A stretch of 64,000 nucleotides of DNA from Candidatus Aenigmatarchaeota archaeon. GTDB lineage: Archaea; Aenigmatarchaeota; Aenigmatarchaeia; Aenigmatarchaeales; Aenigmatarchaeaceae. Below the pieces are notes generated by a model. It had not been told where the DNA came from, did no database searches, and saw nothing but the letters and a program-made list of their open reading frames with translations. The position numbers and the translations under genes are program-made. This document shows positions 9,162-18,706 of this stretch, one piece after another (position 1 is the first letter of the stretch; each line of letters begins with the position of its first letter). Where the stretch lies: the NCBI GenBank assembly GCA_016933455.1, contig JAFGAZ010000004.1, forward strand, positions 9,116 through 73,115. Reading direction: 5' to 3'.

Positions 9162-10064
9162 TCAGTAGTAGCGAATCTTTACAATTACTTGCGCATCGCT
9201 AAAGACCCAGTCAGGATCCGAGAAAAGTATTATACCGTATCCCTTCTTTGCCCTAAGCGTTGTGTTCACAACGCCTGTGTGCTTGAACTCCCTTTCGGAA
9301 TATATCGGATATCCCTGCATGAAAAGGTCGTATATGTCCGAGCTTTCGACAACATAAGCGTCGGTGTTGGCAGTGGAATTTATCTCAAGCATCACATTTG
9401 CATCGTACTCGAAATCAAGAGCAGGGTCGTAGATGTATAGGAACGTGCCGTACCTTTGCTTCAATGAAACAGAAAGCTCGGTTTCAAGCTTGACGAACTG
9501 TATTGTAAAGTAGCATATGCTCTTGTCGCAAAAAACACCCACTCCGGTGTCCGTGTATATCTCGTCGCGGTCAAGTATGGGAACTCGATGCGACGGGCTC
9601 TCTAGCCATCCTGCCACCACTGTTTGCGCCAAATCCTTTGCAGAGCTGCCTATCATTGCTATGTCCTCGCTTGCTGCCATGTAGAATATCTCGTTTTGCC
9701 TCAAGACATCAGAAAAGCCAATGCCGTCTGGGTTCTCGTGGTTAAAGTAATCCATATCAGACATCTCCTTGCTCTTGTTCTTTGCAATCGATGCTATCTT
9801 GTTGTTCCATTGCAGGCTCTTTATGTCGTACTGCGCCCTTTTCTCGTTCACAAGATTGAATATCTCCTTTTCTATCTCGCTTGCATTGTATTCGCTCTCT
9901 TCCGGATAAGCCACCGGCACAACTTCTTCTGTATTGTTTGTGATAACGCAGTCTATTCTCTGGTTGACTGTAGAGCCGTCCGGGCACACGTAAAGGTACT
10001 CGACCTGCTGCTCAACGCAGCCCGCGGCCAAAAGAACTAAAATTAGCAATAAGGCAGATTTCAT
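9162..10064 (-). CDS. Secreted lipoprotein with a CAP/SCP (YkwD-like) domain.
   Basis: Signal peptide with lipobox LLAAGC. The C-terminal SPSHRVPILDRDEIYTDTGVGVF matches the YkwD/CAP signature (SPGHR.NIL...GVG). Confidence 0.65.
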   Translation of the reverse strand: MKSALLLILVLLAAGCVEQQVEYLYVCPDGSTVNQRIDCVITNNTEEVVPVAYPEESEYNASEIEKEIFNLVNEKRAQYDIKSLQWNNKIASIAKNKSKEMSDMDYFNHENPDGIGFSDVLRQNEIFYMAASEDIAMIGSSAKDLAQTVVAGWLESPSHRVPILDRDEIYTDTGVGVFCDKSICYFTIQFVKLETELSVSLKQRYGTFLYIYDPALDFEYDANVMLEINSTANTDAYVVESSDIYDLFMQGYPIYSEREFKHTGVVNTTLRAKKGYGIILFSDPDWVFSDAQVIVKIRYY

Positions 10065-10106
10065 ACTAGAATTATGGATAATAACTGATTAATAATTCTT
10101 GACATG

Positions 10107-10412
10107 TCACAGTATTGCATAAACTATGCATCTTGTTTCAGGATTCTTCTTTGTCTTTATGCATGTCATTTGTTTTTCAGTATTTTCAAACTCTTCAGAT
10201 GATAGAGGGTTACCAACTTTGTTTATAACATTTTTCATTTGTTTTATAGGAGAAACCCTGTTCTTTTCTTTTCCAAAAAGTTCTCTTATGTGTTCATTTC
10301 CAACAAGATAGACGTTTGTTTTGCCGTTTTCCGTTAGTTCAACAGCCACGTCCAATTTTCTCGGGTCAAATGTAACATATGTCTCTTCTGGCTCGTATTT
10401 TTTCAGTAACAT
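10107..10412 (-). CDS. Hypothetical protein, 101 aa.
   Basis: ORF with promoter motif aaacaaatttaaacg at 10431-10445. Confidence 0.45.
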   Translation of the reverse strand: MLLKKYEPEETYVTFDPRKLDVAVELTENGKTNVYLVGNEHIRELFGKEKNRVSPIKQMKNVINKVGNPLSSEEFENTEKQMTCIKTKKNPETRCIVYAIL

Positions 10413-10478
10413 GGTTAGATTTTAGGATGTAAACAAATTTAAACGCATGTCAAAACAATAGAAAAAAATAAATTATGA

Positions 10479-11249
10479 TTATCTTTTGGCTTTTGGAACC
10501 TTTGCGGAAACGCCTGTTGCCAATGCCGGGCTATTAAGAGCCTCGCTTGGCGCGAAGATTATGGTGTTGCTCTGGTCCTGGCTGACATCCGAAATTGTCT
10601 GCAGCTGCCTTAGGGCGTAGCCGTACTTTGTCTTTTGCAGTTCCTCTGAAGCCTTGCTTAGCTTCTTTGCAGCTTCCATTTCTCCCTCGGCTGCGATTAT
10701 TACTCCCCTTTTCTCCCTTTCAGCCTCGGCCTGCCTTGCCATTATTCTCTTCATGTCAGCTGGCAGTTCGATATTTTGCAATTCGATGTTTTCTATGTCA
10801 ACGCCCCATTTCTCGACTTCCTTGTCAACAATTTCCTTTATGTTCTGGGCTATCTCGTCTCTTTTCTCCAAGACCTCGTCTAGGTCCCTTTTGCCTATTA
10901 TGTTTCTCAGGGTTGTCTGAGAGAACTGCCTTACAGCGTACTCATAGTTCCTTATGTTCACAACGCTTTTCATAGAGTCCCTGACCTTTGCCCACATGAC
11001 CGCATCAACGCTAACAGAGATGTTGTCTCTTGTTATTACTTCCTGCGACGGTATGTCGAGCGTGTTGGTTCTCATGTCCCTTTTGTAGGCGCTTTCCAGG
11101 AAAGGCATCTTGAAGAACATGCCGGCCTTTGTTGTCCTGACATATTTTCCAAGCCTTAGAATAACGCTTTCTTCCCACTGTCTGTTGAGCTTGACTGTGC
11201 TAAAGAAAATTACCAGCAGCACAAGACCTAATATTGTCCATATTATCAT
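10479..11249 (-). CDS. SPFH/band-7 (stomatin/prohibitin-like) membrane protein.
   Basis: N-terminal TM helix, SPFH core (ILRLGKY...DNISVSVDAV...) and a C-terminal charged coiled coil. Confidence 0.85.
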   Translation of the reverse strand: MIIWTILGLVLLVIFFSTVKLNRQWEESVILRLGKYVRTTKAGMFFKMPFLESAYKRDMRTNTLDIPSQEVITRDNISVSVDAVMWAKVRDSMKSVVNIRNYEYAVRQFSQTTLRNIIGKRDLDEVLEKRDEIAQNIKEIVDKEVEKWGVDIENIELQNIELPADMKRIMARQAEAEREKRGVIIAAEGEMEAAKKLSKASEELQKTKYGYALRQLQTISDVSQDQSNTIIFAPSEALNSPALATGVSAKVPKAKR

Positions 11250-11272
11250 AATATAATATTAGAATCTAGAAT

Positions 11273-13009
11273 TTAATCTTTGTCTTCCTTTTCAACCCAG
11301 GAGAATTTTCTTTGCAGAGTGGTTGAATAGTACTTTTTCCAGTCAAAGCCTGATTTTTTGAACCACTTGTAGTAGGCCCTGGGATCCACATAGCTTTTCA
11401 AAGAAGTGTTGAGATTATAGTCCTTTGTCTTTTCCTGCTCCTCTATCTGCAGCTCGGCCTTTCTTATGTTTTCCTTGTCCTTTTGCTTTCTTGCAGCAAA
11501 CATCTCGTTTAGCTTCTTGTCCCTTTCAACGTATTTTTTCTTAATATCCTTTATTCTCTTATTTAGAAGGCTGACAGATTTCCTGCACGCCTTTTGTTTT
11601 TTCTCGTTGCCTTCGCACTGCCCTAGCTTTTCCTTGGCTTCCGCAAGCTTTGCCTGATACTTTTTGCTCTGGAGCTCGAATTTTTTCTTGTTGTCTTCTA
11701 TCTTCTGCTTGTACTTTTTGATGTTTACCTTGGCCTTGGCTTTCTTTGCCTTTAGCCTTTCCTTTTTGTTTTCAAGTGACTTTTGCCAGCTTGCGGGTAT
11801 TGTTCTTTTGTGATTGCAAATCATGGCTGCCTGCAGGTTGGCAAGCTTTGCCACGTGCTTTTTGTAGTATTCCGATTTGTTTTCGTCAACAGGATTTTTA
11901 TCCAAATAGTCCCTGACAGCCTTTGTTGCGCTGCAGGTCCTGAAAACCTTTGAGGTAAGGCCCTCCATTGCCTGGCCCAGGAACTCGTTTACGTTCTCAG
12001 ACCTTATGCCGTCGAAAATCAGGTCGTCCTTTCCGCTCATGAACTCCTTTAGGTTGTTTATCACCTTGTCTGGGGCCTCTATTTCCTTGACCCATCTTAC
12101 AGAGTCCTTTCCAAGGAAATCGAACTTTACAACGTTTCCCTCTATCTTTATGTGGTTTTTTGCCAGTGTGGATGCGCCCACGGTCTCTGCCTCGTCTTCG
12201 TCCTTTTCGTCGCCAACACGCATGCACACCTTCTCTATCAGGTAGCAAACAGTTGCCACCTTTCTTGTCTTTTCGTCGTTAGAATCAAGATGCTCTTGTA
12301 TGTACTCTCTTATCTTGGGCCTGTTTTTGTCTAGTTCCTTTGCCTTGTCGAACTTTTTCATCTCCCTTTTCTGCTTCATCGGGGACGTGTCTGCTAGCCA
12401 TATGTACTTTTCCTTGCCCGTTAGCATGTCCTTCCACTTGGCAATCCACATGCATTCCGGCATCCATACTATTTCCTTCCAGTTTCCTTCAGGCCTTTTT
12501 GCGTTAGGCGACAAATTAAGGGTGATGTCGCTTTTCTTTGCCCCCTGCTTCCAGCTGCCCCTGAGCGGGTGCTTGCCCCTTCCCATGAATATGCCGCTAG
12601 GTTCTGCCATGTAGTTGCCCAGGGCAACCCTTTCCCCGTCTATCTCGGCAAAACCGTATAGCTCCTTGTTTTTCTCCCTTATCTCCTTTCTTTTGGCTGC
12701 AAGCTCTTTTTTCTCCTCGCTTGACATTTGCTCTCTTTTCTTTCTTTGCGCCTCAACATACTTTATTATCTCGGGGAATTCGAAATCATCGACATTGCCC
12801 TTTACGCCAAGGGCCCTTGAGAAATCGTTAAAGAAATTCTTTATGAAAACCTTGTCTTCAACATAAGGGGTTCCGAGCTTTCTTACCCAGGCAATTGCCA
12901 TCTCCTCTTGCTCCGGGCTTAGCTTGATTTCTTTTCCCTTGAACTTTACAAAAAAGCCTCTTGGCTTGTATTCAGGTATTATTATGCCGTTGTGGCTTAG
13001 AGATTTCAT
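11273..13009 (-). CDS. Eukaryote-type DNA topoisomerase IB, 578 aa.
   Basis: Collinear with eukaryotic Top1: N-terminal 'HNGIIIPEYKP...KLSPEQEE' DNA-binding region, FMGRGKHP, VGASTL...FDFLGKDS, KVFRTCSATKAV, MICNHKRT, and the active-site Tyr context LNTSLKSYVDPRAYY near the C-terminus. Confidence 0.9.
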   Translation of the reverse strand: MKSLSHNGIIIPEYKPRGFFVKFKGKEIKLSPEQEEMAIAWVRKLGTPYVEDKVFIKNFFNDFSRALGVKGNVDDFEFPEIIKYVEAQRKKREQMSSEEKKELAAKRKEIREKNKELYGFAEIDGERVALGNYMAEPSGIFMGRGKHPLRGSWKQGAKKSDITLNLSPNAKRPEGNWKEIVWMPECMWIAKWKDMLTGKEKYIWLADTSPMKQKREMKKFDKAKELDKNRPKIREYIQEHLDSNDEKTRKVATVCYLIEKVCMRVGDEKDEDEAETVGASTLAKNHIKIEGNVVKFDFLGKDSVRWVKEIEAPDKVINNLKEFMSGKDDLIFDGIRSENVNEFLGQAMEGLTSKVFRTCSATKAVRDYLDKNPVDENKSEYYKKHVAKLANLQAAMICNHKRTIPASWQKSLENKKERLKAKKAKAKVNIKKYKQKIEDNKKKFELQSKKYQAKLAEAKEKLGQCEGNEKKQKACRKSVSLLNKRIKDIKKKYVERDKKLNEMFAARKQKDKENIRKAELQIEEQEKTKDYNLNTSLKSYVDPRAYYKWFKKSGFDWKKYYSTTLQRKFSWVEKEDKD

Positions 13010-13083
13010 GAAATCACAGATATAACATATTTGGAATTACAATATAAAACCTATTCTGATTAGGAATTTTTAGCTCTTAAAAT

Positions 13084-13332
13084 TTATAAATTGTTTTTAC
13101 AGAAATTTAGCATTTTGCAATTTGAAATATTGCTTCTACAGTAAGACGGGCCAATACATGAACCTGGCACATCATGTCCATACCTCTTGCTTATCACAGG
13201 GCATGAAGTCTTTAGCCTCAAATTCTCAATCTTGTCATCGTATACCTGTCTGTTTTTGTTGAAATCATTGTCGTAGGATATATTAAGAGAAGTTAGAGTT
13301 TCTTTTCTTGCTTTCTGAAGTTGCTGAGTCAT
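13084..13332 (-). CDS. Small hypothetical protein, 82 aa.
   Basis: ORF only. Confidence 0.3.
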   Translation of the reverse strand: MTQQLQKARKETLTSLNISYDNDFNKNRQVYDDKIENLRLKTSCPVISKRYGHDVPGSCIGPSYCRSNISNCKMLNFCKNNL

Positions 13333-13374
13333 CCTAAATTATTTGGTATGTTAGCTATTTTAAAATTTCTAAAA

Positions 13375-14094
13375 TTAGTTTTTTTCAGACAGCAAAATAG
13401 AACTATTGGCAAGGGCTATGTAATCGTCCATTGTTTTGGTGTTTCTGGTTAAAGTTATGGGGAGCTGCTTTTCTTTCATTATTTTTCTTAAATGTTCTTC
13501 CAAAAAACTCATGTCCTTTAGTTTTAGATTACATCCTGAAAACACAAGCTGCATGTTCGATACAGCGTTTATCTTATCGTCCTCTGGATAGTGTATGAAG
13601 CTTTTAGGATTGTTTTCCGACACAGAGCCCACTGCAAAGACGTCCACGTTTCTGTCGTCATATCGTTCCAATATCATGTCAGATAATTCTTGGGCTATCG
13701 GCATTAATTTTGGCAATATATCTTTCTTTTTCTTGGCTTCATGACTTATCCTTTCCTCGATTTTTTCTATGTTATCTGATACGATGAATGTGTGAGGAAA
13801 CCTTACCTTTTTTCCTATGCGTCTTGAGATTAATTCGCCATTTTTCTCCATCTTGTAAATCGTGGGAGCAAGTTCCTTGCAGAAAATTTCAGTTAATTTA
13901 ATTGCTTCATACTCCTTATTGTCAAAGAAATTGTTAATTTTGTAGGTGCTTTCTTTTCTTAATACCGTGTTTACTGCCTGGCTGACAAAGTATGGCGGCA
14001 GAAATGTAAGTTCTGCCAAAACCTCTCCTGGTGTCATAGCTTCATATGAATTTTCTACAAAATCCAGTATCGCTTCTTTGGAAACTGTGCTCAT
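13375..14094 (-). CDS. Hypothetical protein of about 239 aa. The start is taken at the second Met (MSTVSKEAIL).
   Basis: ORF with promoter motif aaaataatttaaatc at 14111-14125, about 20-30 nt upstream of this start. Confidence 0.5.
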   Translation of the reverse strand: MSTVSKEAILDFVENSYEAMTPGEVLAELTFLPPYFVSQAVNTVLRKESTYKINNFFDNKEYEAIKLTEIFCKELAPTIYKMEKNGELISRRIGKKVRFPHTFIVSDNIEKIEERISHEAKKKKDILPKLMPIAQELSDMILERYDDRNVDVFAVGSVSENNPKSFIHYPEDDKINAVSNMQLVFSGCNLKLKDMSFLEEHLRKIMKEKQLPITLTRNTKTMDDYIALANSSILLSEKN

Positions 14095-14171
14095 AGCAAT
14101 AATGAAACACAAAATAATTTAAATCCTCTAATGCGTCAGAGTTAAAAAATTCAGAATGTGAATATATCTAT

Positions 14172-14807
14172 ATGAGAATCGATTCCGACGGCAACTCGTG
14201 GATTGCCATTTCTGAGTTCCATCAGCAGTCCTACTGCGAGGTGCAGCTAAAGTACAAGTGGCAGGGGATAAGAAAGGAAACGCCTGCCATGAAGAAGGGA
14301 AGCGAGGTGCACCAGAAAAAGTTCGAGGAATTCGAGGAAAAGACCAAAGAGCTTGAGCAGGTGGGCATAAGCAATGCCATAAAGCTTGCCATGGAAAAGG
14401 ACGAGAGGTTCTCGGGAAGGGAAATTTTCATAATGTCCCCGACTTTTAGGATTTTTGGCGTAATAGACTTTTTGGAGATAAGCTCTGGCGGCATAATAGT
14501 TGCCGACGACAAGCCGGGAGACCATTCATACCTCTCAGACAAGTCACAGATAATAGCGTATGCCATGGCCTTCAAGGACCAGTACAGGCCGCCTCTTGAC
14601 ATCTTCATGAGAATACAAAACAGGGAAAGCGGGGACATAACCTGGGAGGATGTTTTGTCCCAGGAGTGGGTGGAGTTTCTCTTGGAAAAAATAGAGCGCT
14701 TGCACGACCTTGCAACAGGAAAAAGGGATTTCGAGCCGACAAAGAATCCCAAGAAATGCGCAGCATGCTCCTACAGGGACATATGCGACAAGAAAGTAGG
14801 GGGCTAG
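14172..14807 (+). CDS. Cas4/RecB-family PD-(D/E)xK nuclease with an Fe-S cysteine cluster. It is stand-alone, with no CRISPR array nearby.
   Basis: N-terminal Cys (QQSYCEVQ) plus C-terminal C-x2-C-x5-C (CAACSYRDIC), which is the four-Cys arrangement of Cas4/DUF83 nucleases. Confidence 0.65.
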   Translation: MRIDSDGNSWIAISEFHQQSYCEVQLKYKWQGIRKETPAMKKGSEVHQKKFEEFEEKTKELEQVGISNAIKLAMEKDERFSGREIFIMSPTFRIFGVIDFLEISSGGIIVADDKPGDHSYLSDKSQIIAYAMAFKDQYRPPLDIFMRIQNRESGDITWEDVLSQEWVEFLLEKIERLHDLATGKRDFEPTKNPKKCAACSYRDICDKKVGG

Positions 14808-15040
14808 TAAGACGGAAATTGAAAGTTCACCTTGAACTTGTCATCTTTGCTTTTTTCTATCTTATAACCGCCTAGATTGGGGTTTTTTCTTTTTGCCTGT
14901 CTTTCGAAATCTTTGTTGCTCATTAAAACAGACCACTGGTATTCTGTTACTTCAACGGATTCCACACCCTTTGTTCTGTTTTTGCTTATAGCATCGTCTA
15001 TTTCTCTAAAGACATTTTCGAAATCGTCTTTCATAAACAT
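14804..15040 (-). CDS. Small hypothetical protein, 78 aa.
   Basis: ORF with promoter motif at 15050-15064. Confidence 0.35.
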   Translation of the reverse strand: MFMKDDFENVFREIDDAISKNRTKGVESVEVTEYQWSVLMSNKDFERQAKRKNPNLGGYKIEKSKDDKFKVNFQFPSY

Positions 15041-15073
15041 CTTTGTACAAAAAATAATTTAAACTTGAAAATA

Positions 15074-15529
15074 TCAGTTCAGAACCCATACAAAATAGTT
15101 TAGCAATGTGGCTATTGTCACCCATACTATGTACGGAATGAGTATAACTCCTGCTCTTTTGTCTATCATGTAGAACTTTACAATAGTCAGAAGAATTAGT
15201 ATCCACATGGGTATTATCGAAATTAGACCATACAGTGGAGACTTTAGACCAAAGAACAAAATTGACCATAAAGTATTGATCAAAAGCTGAGCAGAGAAAA
15301 ATGATATTGATAGCTTATCCTTCTTGTCCCATACGAGATACAGTGATATTCCCATCAGCGTGTAGAGCGTTATCCAGACAGGGCCGAAAACAAAGTTGGG
15401 TGGTGTGAACCATGGCTTTTCCAAGGTCGCATACCACGTTGTTATTGAGGATGTGGTGAAAACAGAACCTATTATGCCTGCCATCTGGCATAAGAAAATA
15501 AACATGAAGAGTTTTATCCACTTGTTCAT
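15074..15529 (-). CDS. tspO: TspO/MBR (tryptophan-rich sensory protein) family membrane protein.
   Basis: Five TM helices with the TspO hallmarks WYATLEKPWFTPPNFVFGPVWITLYTLMG. Confidence 0.85.
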   Translation of the reverse strand: MNKWIKLFMFIFLCQMAGIIGSVFTTSSITTWYATLEKPWFTPPNFVFGPVWITLYTLMGISLYLVWDKKDKLSISFFSAQLLINTLWSILFFGLKSPLYGLISIIPMWILILLTIVKFYMIDKRAGVILIPYIVWVTIATLLNYFVWVLN

Positions 15530-15589
15530 GCATATAATTTTCTTAACAGGTAAATAAGCTTTATTTAGTTCCGCTCATTAGTAATTCAC

Positions 15590-16579
15590 ATGCCGGAAAG
15601 GTCCATAATAAAGGTCATCAACCTAAAGAAGCACTACAAGGATGTCAAGGCAGTTGATGGCGTTTCTTTCGATGTAAAGAAGGGTGAGATATTCGGATTT
15701 TTAGGTCCAAACGGCGCCGGCAAGACCACCACCATAAAGATGCTAGTAACGCTTCTAAGACCAACGTCAGGTACCGCGAAGATAGTTGGAAAGGATATTC
15801 AAAGGAATTCGGATGATGTTAGAAACAACATCGGCATAGTGTTCCAAGAGCCTGCTTTGGATGAGAAGCTTACTGGCCGCGAGAACCTCGACTTTCATGC
15901 CAGGATGTATGGGATGAAAAAGGAGCAGAGGCAAAAAAGGATAAAGGAAGTGATAAAGCTAGTTGACCTTGAGGAGAAGGCAAACGTCTTGGTCAAGAAA
16001 TATTCCGGCGGAATGAAGAGACGTCTTGAGATTGCAAGAGGGCTTATGCACTTTCCAAAGGTGCTTTTCCTCGACGAGCCGACAATAGGCCTTGACCCCC
16101 AAACAAGAAGGTCTATTTGGAAATACATAAAGACCCTAAACGAGAGGGAGAAAATAACAATATTTCTTACAACGCATTACATGGAGGAGGCGGATTATCT
16201 TTGCAACAGGGTTGCAATAATAGACCAAGGCAAGATACTTGTCTCGGGAATTCCTTCCAAGCTAAAGGCCAAGATAGGAAAGGATGTCATAAACGTGGAA
16301 TGCACAAATGCGGATGTTTTCTATTCGGCTTTCAAGAAATTCAGGTGGGTTGATACGATAAAGCTTCATGATTCGACTGTAACAATTGGTGCCAAGAACA
16401 TAGAAAAGAGGCTGCCGCAGATAATAAAGTTTGCCGAGAAAAACAAGGTAAAGGTAAATTCAATCGACATAAGAAAGCCGACTCTCGAGGATATTTTCAT
16501 ATACTATACGGGAAGGAAAATGAGAGACGGTGAGGGAAACAATTCTCCCACGATAAGGGGCAGGTTCATGCATAGATGA
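15590..16579 (+). CDS. ABC transporter ATP-binding protein (ABC-2/CcmA-like exporter).
   Basis: Walker A GPNGAGKTT, signature SGGMKRRL and Walker B LFLDEPT. Confidence 0.9.
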   Translation: MPERSIIKVINLKKHYKDVKAVDGVSFDVKKGEIFGFLGPNGAGKTTTIKMLVTLLRPTSGTAKIVGKDIQRNSDDVRNNIGIVFQEPALDEKLTGRENLDFHARMYGMKKEQRQKRIKEVIKLVDLEEKANVLVKKYSGGMKRRLEIARGLMHFPKVLFLDEPTIGLDPQTRRSIWKYIKTLNEREKITIFLTTHYMEEADYLCNRVAIIDQGKILVSGIPSKLKAKIGKDVINVECTNADVFYSAFKKFRWVDTIKLHDSTVTIGAKNIEKRLPQIIKFAEKNKVKVNSIDIRKPTLEDIFIYYTGRKMRDGEGNNSPTIRGRFMHR

Positions 16580-17352
16580 TTTTTATGAAAGGACTAAACT
16601 ATCAGGCAATATATGTGATATGGCTAAGACAGCTAAAGAGATTTTCAAGAGACAAAGGAAGGCTAATTTCTAACTTTATACAGCCGTTCTTCTTTTTGTC
16701 GGTTCTGGGATTCGGGCTCGGGTCCGCGTCCTTTGAGGGAATACCGTCTGGTATAGAATACATAGACGTCCTGACTCCTGGAATAATAATGATGTCTATA
16801 ATATTCCCCTCAGTTTTTATCGGTCTTTCTATACTTTGGGACAGACAGTTCGGATTTTTGCAGGAAGTTCTTGTTGCACCTGTTAGCAGAATGTCAATTG
16901 TTATAGGAACGACTTTGGGAGGTTCCACCATAGCCCTGATACAAGGTTTTATCGTTCTTTTCATAGCATCGCTTCTCGGAGTTTCCATAAGCTTATCTCC
17001 CATGCTATTACTTGGGATACTTGTTATGGTTCTGACATCTTTTGTTGCGATAGGAATAGGACTGGTCTTGGCATCCAAGATGCAAAGCATAGAGGGATTC
17101 CAGTTCATAGTTTCCCTTCTTGTGATGCCCATGATATTTCTTGCATCGCCATTCGCTCCTTTGGATTCCTTGCCAGAAATTCTAAGGACAGTTGCCCTTT
17201 TTGACCCGATAACATACGGGATAGACGGCCTTAGGGGGGCAATGATAGGATTTTCCTACTTTCCGCTTTATGTTAACATAGGTGTTCTTTTGACTCTGTC
17301 GATTGCAATGATGTTTATCGGCAGCTATCTTTTCAGCAAAAGCGAGGCCTAG
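16576..17352 (+). CDS. ABC-2 type transporter permease.
   Basis: Six TM helices. The start overlaps the ATPase stop (ATGA), a typical exporter pair. Confidence 0.85.
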   Translation: MIFMKGLNYQAIYVIWLRQLKRFSRDKGRLISNFIQPFFFLSVLGFGLGSASFEGIPSGIEYIDVLTPGIIMMSIIFPSVFIGLSILWDRQFGFLQEVLVAPVSRMSIVIGTTLGGSTIALIQGFIVLFIASLLGVSISLSPMLLLGILVMVLTSFVAIGIGLVLASKMQSIEGFQFIVSLLVMPMIFLASPFAPLDSLPEILRTVALFDPITYGIDGLRGAMIGFSYFPLYVNIGVLLTLSIAMMFIGSYLFSKSEA

Positions 17353-17546
17353 AAAGCGTCATAGTTTCTCTTTTTGGATAGAAGAATCACTACGATAAAG
17401 AATGATACTGCAAGTATGAAAAGACCGACTTCAAGCTCTATTGGCGAAGGCGTGATGAAATTTCCTGTGCTTGAAGGTTCTATGCTAACAAGGGTTAGGA
17501 GAAATATCGCTATGAAGAATGCTATTGTGATGTTTGCCAGTTTCAT
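17349..17546 (-). CDS. Small membrane protein, 65 aa.
   Basis: Two TM helices. Low support. Confidence 0.3.
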   Translation of the reverse strand: MKLANITIAFFIAIFLLTLVSIEPSSTGNFITPSPIELEVGLFILAVSFFIVVILLSKKRNYDAF

Positions 17547-17568
17547 GAGAATAGTTTGTTTTAAAGGC

Positions 17569-18024
17569 TTAAATTTGGGATTTACCCCTAGTCGAAACTT
17601 TCAATTCTCTTGAGATTATATCCTTAAAATCACAAAAACACTCTTTTGGTAACGTGCCATTCTCTACCTTTTTACTGAGTTCTTCCAAAGAATCCTCATC
17701 TCTTTTAGCCTGCCCTTTTGCAAAAACCTTTGAAAAATACCTATTTGCAGAATCAATCTTTTCTAGACTGTATATTCCAAAACCGTTGTTTTCGTCTATT
17801 TTTTTTGAAATCAAGTCTTGCAATCCAAGTTTTCCTAGTATTTCTTCAGCCTTTGTTTTTTCTGACTCATTCAAACATAATATATATCCGAATTTATGAA
17901 GTGTTACGCTTTGACCATTGGCAGAATATTCTAAAGGTGTGTAATTATTTGTTGAATATGTGGTTTCTTTTTCCTCTTTTTTTAGTGGATTTTTTGGTTT
18001 TATCAATAAAGTTCCCTGTTTCAT
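17569..18024 (-). CDS. Hypothetical protein, 151 aa.
   Basis: ORF only. Confidence 0.5.
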   Translation of the reverse strand: MKQGTLLIKPKNPLKKEEKETTYSTNNYTPLEYSANGQSVTLHKFGYILCLNESEKTKAEEILGKLGLQDLISKKIDENNGFGIYSLEKIDSANRYFSKVFAKGQAKRDEDSLEELSKKVENGTLPKECFCDFKDIISRELKVSTRGKSQI

Positions 18025-18070
18025 CTTCTATACTTGTCATTCCTGAAATAAATAATTAACACATGATTTT

Positions 18071-18640
18071 TCATTTTTTCGAGACAAAAACACTGTCCTT
18101 TACATAGAACCTGTAAGGCAAGTTAGCGCCAGTCTTTATTCCTATTCTTGTTGTTGTATGAATTCTTGGTTTTGTTTTAGAATCTTCAATGAACAATTCA
18201 CCTTTTGTAACGTCAATACCATTGTGCTTTTTACCCACCATCATGGCCTGCGTCAATTTTCCCGGGCCGTTTGTTAGAATCCTGATATCTTTCTTGTTTC
18301 TGTTCTTCTTCATAATCTCAATTCCCTTAATGGGCTCAAGAGCTCTCAAAAGAACAGTGCCCGCAACACCTTCCTTTTCAGTTACCACGTTCATTAGCCA
18401 GTGGTTCCCGTAGGTAAAGTAGACGTATGCAAAACCCGGCATTCCAAACATTATCTTATTTCTTGGTGTTATCTTCCTGAACGCATGAGAGCCCGGATCT
18501 TTGTCACCAAGATACGCTTCGGTTTCAACTATCCTTCCCTTCAAAACGCCGAATTTTGTCTTGTGAACCAATACCTTGCCCAAAAGCCCCTTTGCAACTT
18601 TCAAAGTGCTCCTTGAATAGAAATTCCTGCAAAGCCTCAT
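18071..18640 (-). CDS. DNA-3-methyladenine (methylpurine) glycosylase of the MPG/AAG family.
   Basis: ARKLLGKVLV...ETEAYLG.DPGSHA...FGMPGFAYVY...GPGKL motifs of the MPG family. Confidence 0.85.
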   Translation of the reverse strand: MRLCRNFYSRSTLKVAKGLLGKVLVHKTKFGVLKGRIVETEAYLGDKDPGSHAFRKITPRNKIMFGMPGFAYVYFTYGNHWLMNVVTEKEGVAGTVLLRALEPIKGIEIMKKNRNKKDIRILTNGPGKLTQAMMVGKKHNGIDVTKGELFIEDSKTKPRIHTTTRIGIKTGANLPYRFYVKDSVFVSKK

Positions 18641-18706
18641 GCAGAATATTTGCTTTGAATAATTAAAAAATATAGAAAAAGATGCTTGCTAAAAACAAGA
18701 ACTGCT

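Noticed and set aside
10595-10975. Two plus-strand ORFs inside the stomatin gene.
   Set aside because: They are antisense artefacts with Pro/Leu/Ser low-complexity composition.
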